Below are positions 48,975-51,062 of a stretch of 51,062 nucleotides of DNA, in pieces. Origin of the DNA: a virus; IMG/VR virus record IMGVR_UViG_3300015192_000001, positions 1 to 51,062 of that record. One strand, 5' to 3'. The translations under genes were made by a program, and so were the position numbers. How positions within the stretch are numbered: position 1 is the stretch's first letter; every line of letters starts with the position of its first letter. Below the pieces are notes generated by a model. The model saw only the letters and a list, made by a program, of their open reading frames with translations. It did not search any database and was not told the origin of the DNA.

Positions 48975-49021
48975 AAGTGTCTTCTTTCTTTTCTATTTTC
49001 GACAAAGGAGGAGGGGGTTGA

Positions 49022-49216
49022 CTAAGGGGTCACGACAGTCGCTACCAGGTAACGACGGGCAGCGTTGATCACGCCGTTAATCGCTCCGAGGATGACAGCA
49101 AAGACGAGGGTCTTAGCGTCTACGGTATTGACGTCAAAGGTCATAGCGACGAGGACAGCAGTGGCGCCAGCCCCGGTTAGGAGGTCAATGGCAAACTTCT
49201 TGAGTGCAATGCGCAT
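49022..49216 (-). CDS. Holin candidate (r1t/LL-H-like), 64 aa, using the internal ATG of track ORF 49022..49276
   Basis: ATG after AAAGGAGG, with TAATG coupling to the lysin. Sequence MRIALKKFAIDLLTGAGATAVLVAM...LVFAVILGAINGVINAARRYL. Confidence 0.55.
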   Translation of the reverse strand: MRIALKKFAIDLLTGAGATAVLVAMTFDVNTVDAKTLVFAVILGAINGVINAARRYLVATVVTP

Positions 49217-50055
49217 TAGGGTGTTACCTCCTTTCCGTTCATGAAGAAGTGGACAACCCCATCGGGGTAACTCCAACCGATCATCTCGAGGTTGTCTGAG
49301 GCCGAGAAGTACACCGCCCCCGGAACGGGGGGCATGAGCGGCTCGCTGGTCCGGCCGGTAGGCGGGACTGTTACCAAGTGCGGGTGGTGTGCGAGTAGGG
49401 CGAGCGTGTCCTTCACCGCGGTGAATGTGTCAGCTACGTCTTTGCGGTAGGCGATTGCGTCTGGGTCGTCCTTGAAGGCCATGTCTGTCTCCCTGCTCCA
49501 GCCGTGGACGGTTGCCTCGTTGACATCAACTGAGGTGCCACAGCGGTCTTCTTGTAGGTGTTGCCATAGGTCAAGTGGAACGGTCTTGGCTCCGTAGGTC
49601 TGCCAGAGATGTTTCCCAACATTCGGGAATTTGAGATAGGCGTACTCGCAGAATCTCTGGTAGCCATAACCCCCGGGGATGATGAGTGGAGTGACTACTG
49701 ACTCGATACCTTTGAAGTACGCGTCGGTGATCTCGGGATTCACGTTCACATCGACCGTGAATCTCACGATCGTTGGGGTTGTGATTTCCAGATCCGTAAG
49801 ACGCTGTTGGGCCTGTAGGCAATCCTGGACGCCCTGTGCAAACGTGAAGTAGCCCGGATACGTCGGGTTCATCTCGTACATGAGATAAACCTCGAGACCT
49901 ACTGCTAGGGCATCCTCGAGCTCTTGGCGATTGATCTGCCGGGGATCGGACATTGACGCTGTTAGATAGTGTGCAATGCCTGTCGCCCCGGAGTTCTTGA
50001 AGCATTGAAGTGTTGCTCGCGACTGAACAGCGTAGTAATCGAGGACTTCCCCCAT
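49216..50055 (-). CDS. Endolysin candidate, 279 aa, with a DUF1906 / Rv2525c-like glycoside-hydrolase-fold domain
   Basis: Pattern GATGIAHYL ... ELEDALAVGLEVYLMYE ... IVRFTVDVNV ... YFKGI ... GGYGY. Adjacent to the holin gene. Confidence 0.55.
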   Translation of the reverse strand: MGEVLDYYAVQSRATLQCFKNSGATGIAHYLTASMSDPRQINRQELEDALAVGLEVYLMYEMNPTYPGYFTFAQGVQDCLQAQQRLTDLEITTPTIVRFTVDVNVNPEITDAYFKGIESVVTPLIIPGGYGYQRFCEYAYLKFPNVGKHLWQTYGAKTVPLDLWQHLQEDRCGTSVDVNEATVHGWSRETDMAFKDDPDAIAYRKDVADTFTAVKDTLALLAHHPHLVTVPPTGRTSEPLMPPVPGAVYFSASDNLEMIGWSYPDGVVHFFMNGKEVTP

Positions 50056-50556
50056 CTAGCGAATCGTGCCGCTAAATTTGAGGATCATTGTAAGAAGAGC
50101 GATGGCTCCAGTAGCCAGTCCGCTCACGCCGAGGAATCGGACAATAGCAAGTGCGCCCTTAGCTTCATCTGAGCCGGTCTTGAGATCATCAAGCTTTTCG
50201 CTAATGACTCCGATAGCGGTATCAAGCACTCCAAATCGGCCAGTCATGATCTCGCGCAAATGAGCCTGCTCTTGTTTAATGAGGCCCACATCGGCGGCGA
50301 GTTTGCCCTGCTCAATTTCGAGTCGTCCAATACGACTGTCGTTGGCCGTTGTTGCAGTAGCTGCAGCCGTGGCAGCGGCACTGGCGGCAGTGGCGACAGC
50401 CTTTGCGGCTGCAGAAGCTGCCTCAGCGGCAGCCGATGCAGCAGCTGTAGCTGCGGCAGCCGCGGCGGTAGCTGCGGAAGATGCAGCAGTAGCCGCGGCG
50501 GTAGCTGCTTCGCTGGCGATTGAGCGAGTAATGGGTATCTTGGCGATAGTAGGCAC
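50056..50556 (-). CDS. Membrane-anchored protein, 166 aa: Ala/Thr-rich low-complexity N-terminus, coiled coil and C-terminal TM segment
   Basis: SEAATAAATAASSAATAAAAAATAAAS..., then RLEIEQGKLAADVGLIKQEQAHL, then LGVSGLATGAIALLTMIL. Lies next to the lysis genes. Confidence 0.6.
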   Translation of the reverse strand: MPTIAKIPITRSIASEAATAAATAASSAATAAAAAATAAASAAAEAASAAAKAVATAASAAATAAATATTANDSRIGRLEIEQGKLAADVGLIKQEQAHLREIMTGRFGVLDTAIGVISEKLDDLKTGSDEAKGALAIVRFLGVSGLATGAIALLTMILKFSGTIR

Positions 50557-50768
50557 TATTTCTTCTGATCCACTAGGTCTTTCCTGTCAACTTTCCCGCT
50601 CTCCCGTGCTTCTGCGATGGCCCGGAGGCGCTTGGCTTCGTCTTTGATGTTCTGTGCCGTAGCCCATGCGGGCAGGACGACTGTCTGTGTCAGGCCGTCG
50701 TCGAATGACACGACTGCCGTAACCTGGCCGTCGTTCTCGTGTGCTGTAGTGACTTTTGGTGGTTGCAT
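50556..50768 (-). CDS. Hypothetical protein, 70 aa
   Basis: The ATG follows the TAG of the wrap-around gene by 3 nt. Confidence 0.6.
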   Translation of the reverse strand: MQPPKVTTAHENDGQVTAVVSFDDGLTQTVVLPAWATAQNIKDEAKRLRAIAEARESGKVDRKDLVDQKK

Positions 50769-50771
50769 GGA

Positions 50772-51062
50772 CTAGGCCCCCAGCTGAAGGATCAGGTCCA
50801 TGACAACGAGCACTTGGGCTCGCGATAGGCCTGTGGCATTGATTCGGACACGTCGATCCCCGGCAGTCGTGGTGAACCCAGCAGATACATCAACAGCAGT
50901 GATGGGAGGAACTTGGCTGGCGACTCGGTTGACGTATGAGGCACTAGTTCCGTCATTCGATGTGTCTACGGAGAAGTTGCCTGTGGCCGCAGTTTCGTAG
51001 ATGCCGGGAGTGAGGGTCGTGGCGACCGTTGTGGTGATGGTGTGCGTGTGTCCCGCAAGGCC
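50772..51062 (-). CDS. 3' part of the same wrap-around ORF, with stop TAG at 50772..50774
   Basis: Same frame as 1..691 after mapping nt 1 to 50936. Hand translation: ...GNFSVDTSNDGTSASYVNRVASQVPPITAVDVSAGFTTTAGDRRVRINATGLSRAQVLVVMDLILQLGA*. Confidence 0.7.
   Translation of the reverse strand, partial: GLAGHTHTITTTVATTLTPGIYETAATGNFSVDTSNDGTSASYVNRVASQVPPITAVDVSAGFTTTAGDRRVRINATGLSRAQVLVVMDLILQLGA
50936..51062. repeat. Second copy of the 127-bp terminal repeat (= 1..127)
   Basis: Exact identity to the first 127 nt, read by eye. Confidence 0.95.

Overview
The window is a complete, GC-rich dsDNA temperate phage genome with a unit length of about 50.9 kb. Nt 1..127 are repeated exactly at 50936..51062, and one ORF only closes when the ends are joined, so the contig is circular or circularly permuted. 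All domain calls below are by-eye motif recognition on the translated ORFs; no searches were run.

Layout: there are two transcription arms. They diverge from a 1.26-kb ORF-poor control region (22571..23832) and converge on terminator hairpins near 39000.

Minus arm, in transcription order from 22570 down through nt 1, the junction at 50935, and on to 39083:
- small ORFs
- fibre-like structural genes, including an 893-aa protein with two arrays of 20-aa repeats
- terL, portal, two very large ORFs (845 and 1283 aa), scaffold, and an HK97-like major capsid protein
- tail proteins, then a wrap-around HxH-repeat fibre gene
- lysis cassette (DUF1906-like lysin, r1t-like holin)
- a Cas4-like exonuclease split by an Endo VII/HNH gene
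- tyrosine integrase and an attP carrying the 5' half of a tRNA-Phe
- a permuted DnaG-like primase and a DnaB helicase
- a promoter-driven block with a ClpP-like protease, a second Endo VII, an HTH protein, a DnaQ-like exonuclease, a DUF1599-like protein and an HNH nuclease

No tail tube, sheath or tape-measure set is visible, which suggests podovirus-like architecture.

Plus arm (23833..38971), early/accessory genes:
- a NADAR-SLOG(DUF2493) fusion
- SSB
- a translationally coupled cluster of four ATP-dependent amide-bond ligase or amidotransferase genes
- an NDT-like protein, HExxH proteins and many small ORFs

Most interesting observation: inside the ligase operon is a 37-aa acidic peptide, MNELTAEDIELLDGIDPDDDDDAIFLEQFYLKGGTGE. 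By eye it looks like the C-terminal half of actinobacterial Pup. A second protein in the cluster ends ...KYIETGGE. Together these suggest a phage-encoded pupylation-like tagging system or a Pup decoy.

Other notable points:
- The terL ATPase N-terminus has no ATG/GTG/TTG start and is in frame with the upstream ORF across a single TAG.
- A second start-less ORF lies behind an in-frame TAG, downstream of a consensus promoter.
- There are three ORF-poor, hairpin-rich regions, one with a tRNA-like acceptor/T-arm module.
- Palindromic (CTAG)n all-frame stop motifs mark operon boundaries.
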